Part shown: positions 11,651-24,758 of the stretch, piece by piece
Position numbering within the stretch: the first letter of the stretch is position 1
Layout: each line of letters begins with the position of its first letter
Made by a program: the position numbers and the translations under genes
Notes under the pieces: generated by a model
What the model was told of the DNA's origin: nothing
Database searches by the model: none
The model's input: the letters and a program-made list of their open reading frames with translations, nothing else
Assembly (NCBI RefSeq): GCF_001194135.2
Contig: NC_068983.1
Span: forward strand, 112,897,427-112,961,426
DNA length: 64,000 nt
Source: Octopus bimaculoides
Lineage: Eukaryota
Direction of reading: 5' to 3'

Positions 11651-12009
11651 CAAATATACCTTGCAATATTATTACATTACATTCACTTCTTTCAAAAAGG
11701 TTTCTCAATGTCTACTTCCGGTATTGACATAAAACTGGCCAAGTCTGTCCCTGTCTAATTTTTAATGTTTTCTTCTCAAGTTTTAATTCGCTATTTGTAA
11801 ACAACTACGATAAATTACTAAAAGAATTATTGGAAAGACTCCCCTCCCCCACCATTTTCGCCCAAATTTGTTTATTAAAAAATTTTTTTTGCCAAATATC
11901 CCTGTTTTCGGATACGGAGGTTCCAGAGAATTGCCAAAAATCAGCATTGTGAAATTTATTACCCCCTTCCCCTCCCCCAATTTCTTCAATTTTGACATTT
12001 TCCCCAACA

Positions 12010-12075
12010 CTAACCCTAAAACCCTAACCCTAAAATCCTAACCCTAACCCTAACCCTAAAACCATAACCGTAAAT
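12010..12075. repeat. Interstitial telomere-like (CCCTAA)n variant array
   Basis: taaccctaaaaccctaaccctaaaatcctaaccctaaccctaaccctaaaaccataaccg, followed by a gap. Confidence 0.85.
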
Positions 12076-12639
12076 ACAGANNNNNNNNNNNNNNNNNNNN
12101 NNNNNNNNNNNNNNNNNNNNNNNNNNNNNNNNNNNNNNNNNNNNNNNNNNNNNNNNNNNNNNNNNNNNNNNNNNNNNNNNNNNNNNNNNNNNNNNNNNNN
12201 NNNNNNNNNNNNNNNNNNNNNNNNNNNNNNNNNNNNNNNNNNNNNNNNNNNNNNNNNNNNNNNNNNNNNNNNNNNNNNNNNNNNNNNNNNNNNNNNNNNN
12301 NNNNNNNNNNNNNNNNNNNNNNNNNNNNNNNNNNNNNNNNNNNNNNNNNNNNNNNNNNNNNNNNNNNNNNNNNNNNNNNNNNNNNNNNNNNNNNNNNNNN
12401 NNNNNNNNNNNNNNNNNNNNNNNNNNNNNNNTTTTTGCCAGTTTTATTTGCAGATCCGTATTCCCCGTAGCCGAAAAGGAGGGGTTTGTGTCTAAAAAAA
12501 AAAAATTTTAAGGGTGTTTTTTTGGGGGGAAGTCTTACCGAATTATTTACTAAATTCACAAATTTAACTATTCGGTACGAGATAGTTTTCAACGTGCTTC
12601 TATTTATACGAATTTTTTCATTCCATGTCCATCTCATTC

Positions 12640-13500
12640 ATTGTTTGCAAAGTTCTCTCTCTGACATTACTAATCATTCTGAGACTAACAAGATCTGATG
12701 AAATAAAAGCATGCATTAAGTCTTCACACCTATGGAATAAAGTACTGAAATTCTCCTTCAATACTAATGTGCAAGCTTTATTACATGGGGACCAATGTGC
12801 AAAACAGTTTCCAACCTGGCTTCTCCAATTACAAAATGGGAAAATACCATTTGATGCGAATGGTGATATCAGTTTGCCTCATATTGCTATCATGGTGAAT
12901 TTCCCAGACTTAAGTAATAATGATAATTCACGTAAATGGTTGTGTGAAAGAGCAATGCATACTCTAAAAATGGCATAGTAGCAAGAATTAACTATAAATT
13001 AATGAATAAGATTCCAACACTCATTAGGAAGTACAAATCAGTTGATTCAGTCCTCGATGAAAATCAGGTTGTCCATTACCCAACAGACTTCATTAATTCT
13101 TTGGAGCCACCTGGAATTCCACCACAAACTTTTTCTGAAGGTAAGATTCCCAATAATGCTTCTAAGAAATATAGATCTTCCTAAATTATGCGATTGTACA
13201 AGGTTGTTTGTGAAGACATTATCACCCAAAGCTACCATTATCACTGGATGTGCCTCTAAGGAAGGGGCTTTCATTCCAAGAATTACAATCAAATCAACAA
13301 ACATGCCCTTTCAGTTCAAATGAACACAATTCCCAGTGCAACTTCGCTTTGCAATGTCTATTCATAAAGGTCAAGGTCAGTCTTTGAAACCTATTGGCTT
13401 GTTTTTCTTATGGTCAACTTGGTTGGTTGCTCCAGGGTAGGTAATTTGCAAGACTTATTTGTCTATGCGCCAAACCAGAAAACGAAAGAATGTTTTTTAC
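12640..13500 (+). pseudogene. Helitron Rep-Hel PIF1-type helicase C-terminal remnant
   Basis: CIKSSHLWNKV..WLLQLQNGK; YPTDFINSLEPPGIP; VRFPIMLLRNIDLPKLCDCTRL; FIPRITI..PFQFK; FAMSIHKGQGQSLK; stops and frameshifts. Confidence 0.9.
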
Positions 13501-13580
13501 CCAGCTCTTACATAATTTCCTTCAACACATGTGGTAGAATTTATTTCCTTTCATAAAAGTGGTAAATTTTGCATTTTTGT

Positions 13581-13908
13581 TTATTATTATTATTATTATT
13601 GTTCAGTAGTTTTATTTTTATAACGTGCTTTCACTTCACTACCGAGCGCAGCTCTGTGCGCCTTGGGTATGTGCTGTGGTTTGCTGTGGTGCTCTTATGT
13701 TTACTGTATTGAAAGTGTTTTGCGTAGAATGTGTGCAGTACCCAGTAGTGCAATTTTCTGTATGTTATATATATTTATAAGTCCTGGTGTTTTTGTTATG
13801 TATTTGTCTGAATATTTTTTTATTATACCTAAGGCACCTACTATGATAGGAATTGTTTCTGTTTTTAGATTCTACATTCGAGTTATCTCTATTTCCAGGT
13901 CTTTGTAT

Positions 13909-13912
<4 letters not shown>
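13581..13912 (-). mobile_element. 5'-truncated R4/Dong-like LINE 3' end with (TAA)n on both sides
   Basis: Nearly identical (2 substitutions seen over ~310 bp) to 49561-49872; ATT arrays at 13581-13600 and 13913-13985. Confidence 0.92.
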
Positions 13913-13962
<50 letters not shown>

Positions 13963-14602
13963 GATATTATAATTATTATTATTTTGTATTATGAATTCAA
14001 AATTGATTTCCCAGTTAAAGAATAAATTGTATCCCAAGTAAACAATAACAAATTTCTGTACAACATATTTTGCTTTTTTCTTCCAATATTTATGGAAAAA
14101 TTTCATTCCTGGCCAATGCTGAGTGCCTCTGTTAGTTTTTTTATATTTTCTTTACATGTATATGTAAAGTTTCACATAGTTTTCTCATACACACACACAC
14201 CCACACACTCATTTTCAACGTTGAACATTACCATCCCATTTCCATTGTACACACACACACACAGACGCAAAGATACTTCACTTTACATACACATATATTC
14301 ACTTCAAATGTCGTTTTTTGGCTTTTTCACTTCTTCCTTCATTATTCATCTATCATCCCTTCCTTTCTCAGTCATACGATGCTCCCTTTGGCATTTATCT
14401 CCTCTACCTTCACCTCGCACTCTGGCTCTATTTTATATGATTTTATATGCATATACATATATACATACATATATATATATATATAATATACTCTTTTACT
14501 TGTTTCAGTCATTTGACTGTGGCCATGCTGTTGAACATTTTTCTTTCTCCTTGTTTGCTTTGAAGCTTTTCAAGTGAGAGGTAACATAATATGTATATAC
14601 AT

Positions 14603-14651
<49 letters not shown>

Positions 14652-14655
<4 letters not shown>

Positions 14656-15431
14656 GTCATCCCATAAATAATGCATTTTTTTTTTAGTTCTTTTTTAATC
14701 TACGATATACTCTCCTTCATTTTCTACAATGTTCTTTCGTCCATCTGGTAGACTTCCAAAATTAACTTGTTTCTGACGAAAAATGCTCTTCCAGTATTGT
14801 CCTGATCTCGTCTATAGAGTTCATATTTTTTTTGCATCCAAAAGATTTTGAAGACTGCGGAATAAATGATAATCAGATGGGGCAACATCCAGCAAATATG
14901 GTGGGTGCAACATCATTTCCCATTCAAACTGCTCCAGCTTTTGGAATGTCATCCTCACTGCATGTGGCCAAATATTATCCTGATGGAAGATCACCTTTCA
15001 TCTTGAAACCAAAGATGGTCGTTTTTCTTCTGGTGCTTACTTAAGTTGTTTTCTGTAGATCTCCTTTGTTATTGTTTGAATTGGGTTTAAAAGTTTAAAA
15101 GTTTCCAGCTCAGAATTTCTGAATCCACTGTTGACACCGGCTTATTGTCTGATCCCCATAGACTGCATTAATATTCCTCACACTTTTCATCGCCTTGTTG
15201 CTTTTATTGAACTCATAAAGCAAAATATGGTGAATATGCTTTTTTGTCACTTCCATTATAGTTTTGAAAAAATAACTGCTAAAATCGAACTGCACTCTCC
15301 AAAACTCGCATTAAGAATAGGGACAAAGTAAAATTACCTACTTTTATTGCAAGTTGATGCAGTTTATCTGTCCCCTCCCAACTTTTAGTTTATGCAGTTG
15401 AAAAAAAAACATTATTTATGAGATGACCCAA
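14652..15431 (-). mobile_element. Internally deleted mariner element with TIRs and TA target site
   Basis: 22-bp TIRs ttgggtcatcccataaataatg / cattatttatgagatgacccaa (1 mismatch), TA flanks; MEVTKKHIHHILLYEFNKSNKAMKSVRNINAVYG HTH region and HPPYLLDVAPSDYHLFRSLQ motif. Confidence 0.93.
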
Positions 15432-15437
15432 TATATA

Positions 15438-15815
15438 CATCATCATCATCATCATCATCATCGTTTAACGTCCGCTTTCCATGCTAGCATGGGTTGGACG
15501 ATTTGACTGAGGACTGGTGAACCAGATGGCTACACCAGTCTCCAATCTGATTTGGCAGATTTTCTACAGCTGGATGTCCTTCCTAACGCCAACCACTCAG
15601 AGAGTGTAGTGGGTGCTTTTACGTACCACTGGCACGAAGGCCAGTCAGGAGGAGCTGGCAACAGCCACGCTTGAAATGGTGTATTTTACATGCCACCTGC
15701 ACTAGGGGACAGTCCAACGGTACTGGCAATGAACTCGCTCGAATGTCTTTTCCTGTGCCACTGGCACAAGTGCCAAGAAGGCGACGTTGGTAACAGTCAC
15801 GCTCAAATGGTGCTA
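15438..15815 (-). mobile_element. RTE LINE 3' end with (GAT)n tail
   Basis: (cat)n-cgtttaacgtccgctttccatgctagcatggg; same family is joined to RT coding sequence at 31364-32020. Confidence 0.85.
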
Positions 15816-17793
15816 TGTATGTACTATATATGTATATATTTATTATGTGTGTGTATGTGTATTATTTGAACTTCTGCTCAGAATCAAAACTTTGAACTGA
15901 CTAATATACTTTGATTGATATTTGACAGGAGAAATATAAGTGGATTTCCATTGTGTGTGTGTGTGTGTGTGTACACATCTATGTGTGTATCTTTGATCAA
16001 CATATGCCATCAAGAATACCAAAGCAGCAAGTGTTTTATGAATGAAGCCTCTTGCAATATTTGCTTTGATTCAAGTTACAGATACTCCCTGTCGTTCTCA
16101 CAATCAAAAAAGCAGTGAATTAGTGGTTGATTTATTGGAAATTTGTAACCAATTACACTATTGTTCACAAACTGCTATGATAGATGATCTTTAAAAATTT
16201 GTGTCATTCCCACTATAACTAAACAGAAATACCGTAGAATTTCATAGCTTGGATTGTTTTTGTTGTTTACTTCTTACTTCATTCTAGTTCTTCTAATTTG
16301 TTAGTGACATTATCAAAAAAGTTGAAAAAAAATGGAGAAAATGAATAATTTGATCACTTTATATTGCCAGCTTCACAATCTGGCTCTGACACATTTTTAA
16401 TTACCCACCACTCTTGTTATCAAGTGCTCTTTTCATTTTCTACATCCTTTAAAACTTTAGTATTGCCAATTTTAATTCTTGTGGAATGGCTTGCTTTGAT
16501 GAAGTTATTTTTATATGGCTTTGTTGTGTCGACAAGAAAGAAAAAGAGAAAATGCTTTTTACTTTAAATCTGCAGGCCCTCTATTAACTTCTATTCTTCC
16601 ATAGCCATCAGAACTGTTAGTTACTTTGTTTTCTCTTTATGTCTGACAAGACTATTCCTGGCTTGGCTTCATTGGTAAAGAATAGAAGTTTAATGTAGTA
16701 GAGAAACCTGAATGCTTTCTTCCTTTACAGGAATTGAATTAGTAATTCCAGAAGGTATTTTTTTCCTACTTGGTGTATATCATTCTATTTATCTGAAGTT
16801 ATCTGATAATGAAGACGAAAGTGGATGAGATTGACTGTTTTAGAAGATGCTGGTATACTTTTGTTTGAGGAGAAATGTTGCTGAACAGTGGATGTAGATG
16901 TGAAAGATGGGACCCATATTTGAAACATTTCAGTCACCTGCTTCAGTTTGAAATTTCATTAAATTAATATTCCTATTCCTGTCATATGATACTGAGACGT
17001 TGGGTTTTTTAGATACTCTGCTTCCACTGCAAAATAATTCATGGTGTACTTTAATAATTCTCAAACAGTGATGTACAAGTACACCTAAGAGTGTATTTAG
17101 GTGTACCTTAGATTTAAAATATATAATTTGAAGATATACAAATGCCTAAATTAATGATTGAGTGTACTGCAGAATGTTTTTCTATCATTTTGTTATACAC
17201 AAATAGAGTTAATAAAACAAAAAAAAGCAACAATTTCTTTTATATTTTTTCAATATATTACTATTTAATGCAATTTTTAAATTACCCATGCAAGATTCAC
17301 CAGTAGTGTTTATTTGATCTCCAGTGCACATGAAATTAGAAAAAAAAAATCACTGAGAATCACATTAGTTGATATATAGTTCTCTAATGCACTTCTTTTT
17401 CTCTTTTATGAAACTTATATAAATTTCTGAAGATGTTTCCAAATAGTGTACTTTTTCACTTATCAACAAATATTTATGCACTTATCATTTGTCCAAATTA
17501 CTAATGTCAATATAATTCTACTCCTTTCAACTTCTTACTTCATCTTCACCATAGTATCTTCTTTATTTTTAGATTTATTGGTAAAGCCTAATAAGTTCAT
17601 GCAGTCTATCATTTCACACATTTCTTTTAAGATTACCTCCATTTTGTCATCTGATAACTAGGTTATGCAAAATACTCTTTCTAATGCAAGTTATTTAAAG
17701 GCTCTTCCCTAAGTGGTGAAGAAATTCAGTTCAATTGCAAGGTTCTGGATTGATATACCTACTTGGTGTCTTAAGCAAATGTAATCTACTTTA

Positions 17794-18960
17794 CAAGGGT
17801 TGGCTGAAAAGTTCATAGGCTGACCAAGACTCTCATAGAATGTGACCAAATGAGGTTTATTTTTCAACATGGCTCCTCCTTGTGGTTTACACATTTTTGC
17901 CATGGATTCCTTTGGTGAAGAAGCTTTCACCCTTTTAGTGAAAAATGTCATCAGCAGCACATGTTATTATCGCTGTGATACTGGCTCCCAGCCAAGTGTT
18001 TTCTCCATGCTGAGGAACAGATAATAGTTAGATGGGGCCAAATCAAGAGAACAGGGATGGTGATCAACCAGTTCAGAACCACAGTCATGCACAACAGCTA
18101 TTGAAACAAAGGGCTCATGTACTGGAGCATTCCCCACATGGATCAAAACCTCTTTCCATCAGTTTTCCTGGGTGTTTGGTCCTGATAACTTTTTATAAAT
18201 GCCTCTGCAAGTTGGTACAGTACTCTACATTAATGGTGTGACTCTTCTGAAGATAGTCGATAAACACAATGCCTTTTGCATCCCAAAAAACTGAGGCTAT
18301 TACCTTTTGTGCAAATGAAACAACCTTCGACTTCTTTGGAGTGGGTGAGGAGGAGCGTTTCTACTGCATGAATCGTCTCTTTATCCCTGGCTCAAAATTA
18401 TGAACCCAACACTCATCCTTGGTTAAGAAACTTTCAGGGAAACTAGCTGTATCTGGCTCAAACAATGTCAGATTTTCCCTTAATGTGATCAACCTGCTGT
18501 GCTTTTGATCAGGTGTCAGAAGATGTGACACCTACCGAGCAGAAACCTTTGTCACACCATATTCATTGTGCAGAGTATTCTCAACTCCTTTACAGAATGT
18601 GCTAATCACACTTGCTATTTGATTTATAGCCAATCACCTGTCATCCATCACTTTCTGGTGAACAAGATCAATGTTTTCCTCAGTAGTGAACATGATCAAT
18701 GTTTTCCTTGGTGGTGGCAGTTGCAGGACATCCAGACCTTGGGTCATCTTCAAGACTCTCTCTTTCCCTCCTAAATTCAGCTGACCACTTTTGCGCTGTT
18801 GATAAAGCTGTAATGTCACCCTTAATGTAGCAATGTCAACATGAATGTTCTTGGGTGATAAACCAATTTTTCTGCAGGTTCTTGATAACACTGTGATGTC
18901 AAATTTAATCCATTTCAAGAAAAGTTACTGCTAGTTGCTTCTGAAGTCTTCTTTGAACAG
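17794..18960 (-). mobile_element. Decayed mariner element (one TIR visible)
   Basis: TIR-like tacaagggttggctgaaaagttc; minus peptides ELVDHHPCSLDLAPSNYYLF and TTEENIDLVHQKVMDDR. Confidence 0.85.
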
Positions 18961-20138
18961 TTGAAGCTTAGTTTTGTAACAAAGAAACGATTTAGAAGAA
19001 TATAAGAATACAATAAGAAGAACTGAAAATAATGCATGCAAAATTTCACAGCTCTAGAGTCGCTCCTTCATTGTCAGCTTATGAAATTTTCAGCTCTCCC
19101 TTATGGAGTTTTACATCAGCTTTATGATAGTGGCAATATGATAGCTGGTGAGATGAACTATACTTGTCTGCTGTGTTTGTCTGAAGGTTACATTTAGTAG
19201 AATACTGAGACACTAATGATATAGCAGACTGAATAGTTCTATTAATTAAACAACTAAAGCTTCCGTATTTTGAAAGTGGTGAAACAATCATCAAAAAATA
19301 TGCTAAAGTAGCCAGTGTCTCTAATACCAATTCTTGTGGGATTTTTCTCATGTACTGGAGTGCAAGTCTATAAGCAGATGTACATTTGACAATTTCATCT
19401 TGTGTTTCCTCTTCTAAAATAACACCAAAGCTTTTTTTCCTTTCTCAATTGAGATTATTTATCCTGAGAGTTATTGTCATACTGCTTGACATGATAGGAA
19501 TTTAATCTGATTCCATCTTTTCATAAGCAGAGATAAATAATTTTTCTCTTCATCATCTCCTGGATCATCTACTGTGGAAAAGAATTGCTTTGGAGGTTTT
19601 ACAAAATTTTACACATTCACATTTTTTTATTTTGTAATTGTTACAGGTTCAAAAGTATTATCTGTTCCTTTAGTTTTGTGAAAAGATTTGTTTTCATTCT
19701 ACGGCTACATAAACAGGCCGTAGATTTTGAAATAGTTTATGAGCTACTACTACTGTTATTACTTTCACTGTCTTCCAAATTACGTTTTGAGTGTTTGGAT
19801 AATTTTCTTCTTTATGTTGTTCCCTATAATGTTCATTTTTCCCTTCCTCTTGTACATTTAGTTGTGTGTTTTGATTTTTCCTTGTAGTCCTTTGTTAGGT
19901 GGTAGCCATTTTGCTTGTAAAAATGTGTAAATATGATTTTAAAAGTTTATGGAACAACTGTATTTTTTCTGTTGACTACCCCTAAGTTGTGAGAGCCACC
20001 ATTTCTTAACTGATTGTAGTTCTTTTTACTAATATTTCACAGAAAATTTTGTTAGGTGATGCTTGAAATATGAAGTGTTTAAAAAGGAAAAATCAAAGAT
20101 GCATCTTCACTCTACAAGGTTCAGTAGTAGTAGTAGTA

Positions 20139-20174
<36 letters not shown>

Positions 20175-20199
20175 GCTCCAATGCAGTACCAAGCAGTGG

Positions 20200-20370
20200 C
20201 TCCCATGGTATTTGGTTTCAACAAATTGGAAGTATTAACATGTACATTGTTTTGTTTTGGTATAAAAGATGGGCTACAGCAAACATTCTGCTCAATACCA
20301 CAGATTTTCTTGTCAGTTGCTTTAACCTTAACCAGTTGAGCATATCTCCTAGTGGCTGATGATATGTTTG
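20200..20370 (+). mobile_element. Fragment of the TAA-tailed LINE 3' family also at 37780-38290
   Basis: gatgggctacagcaaacattctgctcaataccacagatttt..gtcagttg..agtggctgatgatatgt shared. Confidence 0.7.
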
Positions 20371-23300
20371 AGAATAAATCCATCCATGCAAGGCGTGCAA
20401 AAGATTGAGAAGAGTATTGTCTCTGAGAGAACGATTACAACCTGTGTAAATTTTTCTTTCTTTTCTTTTCACTTTTTTTTTTTCACATAACTTGATTTTG
20501 TAAATGAACAATGTGGTATGTTTATTTTAATGGTTTATCAATGTATGCAGTGAGTTTCTTAACTAGAAGAAACTTGGCAGGAGATGGAAATAAAATTGAA
20601 AGAAAAAAATCTCAAAATAATAAAAATAATAACAACAATAGTAAATTTAAGCTTTGCCATAAAGCCTTGCATTTGTAAGGAAGGCAAATAGTCTATTGCA
20701 TCTAACAGAATAATATTAGTAGATATTTAACTTTTTAATATATAAGTGTTGAAGCTAAATGTCAATTAAGCACCAATTATGACATGAGAATTGTGGTGCA
20801 GAATTATGCTATGACAAGTAGAGAAATAGTATATATACATCTTGTGAAATAATAAAGAACAAATGAGAATAAAATTCTAGAAATGCATATAAATAAACTG
20901 AGGAAATCAGATTTGGTATAATTATTTTTTTTATTGTATATTAACAGTGCTCAAGATCAAATTAAATCTTCTGTAACACAATTAAAACATGAATGAGATA
21001 AATAGAATAAATACCCTATATATATATATATTACCCATTGCCGTTAACTAAAACCATCACTTAAAAGCTTCACTTTGTTTTGACAAAAGAACAGAATAAG
21101 TAATCTCCTTCAATGAAACCTTTTGAACAAGAAACTACTCACCACATGAATTGTTATGGCATACATTATTTGTTTAGCAAATAAAATAATGTGGGTGTCA
21201 CTCAAACCTCAAAGAGAACTTAAGAGATTGTCATTAGTCTTCATTTCAAGGAATTAAGTGGTATTTGCATTCAAATGGCAGATAAATTAAGTTTTGTTCC
21301 AATGTTATTTCCAGGAAGTGAATAGAAAAAGAAACCAACCCAATGGAACTTGTCACACTTGTGCCAATTCTCACATGATAATGAGAGAATGAGTGTAAAA
21401 CAATATTGTTAGATCTTCCAACATGGCTTGAACTTTCGTGAGATACAAATGATACCTACATAAATCTAGGTACACAAAACAGTTCAGAATACATCACAGT
21501 GCAAAAATGATTGGGTATTTACCTTATGATGACTTGGAATAGTAAGTTTTGCTTGCCATTTGGTGAAATGATATATGAATATATGGAAATTTAAGTGCTG
21601 TACCATACTCCTTGTTAACATAAGTTCATTATAAATGGGTGCTATTAAAATACCTTTACCATTAATGTAACTTGACATCACCTTTCTATTACTTTGGCCA
21701 CAATTCAGCCTGTGTTTATTTTAAAATTTCACAATTTTGAAAATCTCCAATAAATAAGAATTCTATGTAAGAAGAATTTAGATGTCCCAATGTCGAAATA
21801 CAATCAACATATATTTACTGAAATCATCTCTTCTTGATACTTGCAAATTATAAATGACGATATAGGTAAGCACATTATTATAAATTATTAAATAAGCCAT
21901 GCTATTATAGAAAGACAAAATTTCAACTCCAAGTTTAAGATGGGATATAACAGAATATATTAGCAGCAGATTACAAATAATAAGAAAATTTGTTTCTTAG
22001 CAGTGATAAATAAGATTTTTTTGATGGTCATGACATTCTCAAATGCATTAATACTTTTATCTATTTTTGGCATCAGTAACAAATCTGATGCATTAGATTT
22101 CATTTGAAGATTTACATGTGCCATATTCCTTACTATGTTGTAATTTCATGCAATTTTTCCTTGATCTGCAGTTCATATTACGTTGAATAAATCATTAAAA
22201 ATTGGTGTACATTCAGATGTTCTTAAGTTGTAATAATATCGACATTGAATAATGAACGTTTGCTGAATATTATGCAGTGCACTGTTGTGAGCTTTATCAT
22301 TTGTTCTGATGTCAACTATTAAATCTTGAATAAAGTGTTGCTCAAACAGTTAGGTTATTAACTCACAAACACTTAGTAGACTTTGAGCACATATAATGGA
22401 AAATATTTTTCTCAGTGGAGATGTCATTCTGACTTCTATTACTAGTGTTTCATAAACTTTTTGGTGTGGGCTGCTGTTTTGTAAGTGTTGTGAATAACAG
22501 TAATGATCCTTCATTGTCTATCATAAGTATTAATGATATTCTTATATCTATTGCCCAAGTAGATTCTTCTAGTAACGTGTGGCATGGAGGAATCCATTTA
22601 TGTTGCAAGACTATGGATTTCCGTCTGGAAAATTTTCAGTCTTGTTAGTTGAGTATCAACTGCTGGGATATGTATACAAGAATGATAGTTGCTGTATTTG
22701 AACACATTGTCTGCTATTTTTATTTTGGTGTTGTATTTTTGTCAAGTTTGCTTCTGCTCATCAGTAAGCCTCAGTCTCTCCTCTTTTTAAACCCATGTGT
22801 AATTCTAGTCTTGTTTATTTAAATAGATTTTTGATATGTTAACATGGTCACTTTAGTATTCTTTTGTGGGAAGAGAGTTTCTAATACTCCTGATAATGCA
22901 ACCATATAATCCTGTATTGCATAGGCATATTCAGAATTTGAATGGCTTGTAAATATTTGACTATTGTTGAAATTACAGAGCTGACAATTTTACATTTTTA
23001 CATATAAATGCTGATTACACCCAAGGGAATATTAGCAGATTGTAAAGTGCTTAACTTAATTTGTTTTATAACATAGAATACTGATAATATATCACCTGTG
23101 TTAGTGCTACACACGTCTATCACATCCAACTTGTTTAGTGTATGCTAATTTAGCTGTGGCTCATCTTCATACAGCTTACAATTACTTGACTTGACATGTA
23201 GTTGATTTCTTAGCTACACATTGTACATATTTTATAGCTTTCTGCTTTATTTAATTGATAGAGTTATTAGGTAGCAACCAAGAAATGTATAAAGTCTTCC

Positions 23301-24758
23301 TTGATATTTATTTCTCAAGGGCACATAAACTAAGAAAATCACATATATTAAGTATGTTATTGTAACATACTTTTAATGTGCTCATTTAGTTATTATCTTC
23401 ATGCAAAATTGTATGCTCATGGAACTGTGTTGCTGAAATTATGTATTACTTTGCAAACTGAAAATAGTTGCTATTGTATAGTTGAAGCAAAAGGTATCTA
23501 GCAGTAAATTTTTTAGCTTTAAAAATACGTAATTAGGTATCAAATTTCAAAAATTCTTCGTGTTTACAGTAACATAAAATAAATTTTTATAAAACAGTGT
23601 AATGAAAAAAAATTATAATTAGACCCTTCTTCATAACGAAGAAGTAATAAACATGAACCAATGGGAGAATAAAAATTGTTACTATAAAGGATAGATTTTA
23701 ATTTCCTATTTAAATTTTGTATTAAAGATTTTAATACATATTTATTAATCATGAAGAATAAATACACAAAATTTATTCAGAACTTATGATAATCCAGTAA
23801 AAATAGTGGCACTTAAGGATAAATTGTTTGTTTAATTGAGCAGCAATAACTGAGAAATAATATAATGTTCCCCTTTTCAAATTTTAATTGACACTATTCT
23901 CTACTTCATATTTCAAAAAACTAGCATATATTGATTGTTACCAATCTGAATCAAATACATTTTCTATACAAAGGAAGCTTCAGCTTCTAAGTAAATACAT
24001 GGTAGGCCCATTTGATTATCAAGATGTAGCAAACACAATATTGCTTTTATCAGAAACAATAATGTTTGACAGTTAATATTTAGAGTAAAGAGTTTTAACA
24101 TAATTATTTATGCTATCAATCTTTATTATTAGGTCAGCCCACACATAATATCATATTTATAACAAAATTTTTAAAAAACATAATTTGATAATCTAGATAT
24201 TTTTTCATTGTTATAAATGCAAGTGTACAAAGCTTTTTAATGCTTTTTATAACATTCAAGCAACTTTGAAGTGAAAATGTTACAAAAAATGTTTTTAGGT
24301 TGGCTAAGGATATCTGTTAACGAATATAATAAGTGTAATTTTGTATGTGTTTTACTATGATATATCACAAGTTGATAATGGTAAGAAGCAAGAACAGAAG
24401 AATATAGAGATTTAAATGTTTTGTCCCAAAGTAAGTTCTTAGGTTTTTAATGGTAACAATATCACATAATATTTTGTCTTTGTATGATCCTAATTCTTTT
24501 TATTTGACCAGATATGATCTTTTATTTTTGTTATATCAGTTTTATCCAAGCAGAGACCACCTTCTCCTGTGGGATGAAGTTAAAATAGTATACAGAGAAC
24601 ACCACTGGAAAATACGAAAACTAAAAGAGGCAGCACATAGGCTATGACACAATAACCTCCCAAGCAGACCTAGTGCAGATATGAGTAGAATATAGGAACT
24701 GGTATTAAGGAAGGGTACAAAGATATTAGGTTTATAAGCCCTAAAATTCACTCTATAA

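Larger units (their letters stand above)
9788..11780. mobile_element. Helentron/HINE-like non-autonomous element
   Basis: Terminus ttacttccacctatgcaaaggcggaggtattgttttc (hairpin), then atctcaaaaacc..ggatttagatgaaactttcaggg..ttagattttgggatcgatccgg, resembling HINE/DINE-type ends; internal inverted and direct repeats; next to a PIF1 remnant. Confidence 0.55.

Noticed and set aside
12010-12075. True chromosome end
   Set aside because: Short, variant-rich and flanked on both sides by ordinary sequence.
9440-16830. Other CTGATGA/CTGATAA heptamers (~9447, ~12695, ~16802)
   Set aside because: No stem II-GAAA-stem I arrangement follows them, unlike the seven reported motifs.
21484-21709. Open minus frame ending at a aag|GTAAAT donor
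   Set aside because: Acceptor lacks a pyrimidine tract and the peptide is not recognisable.
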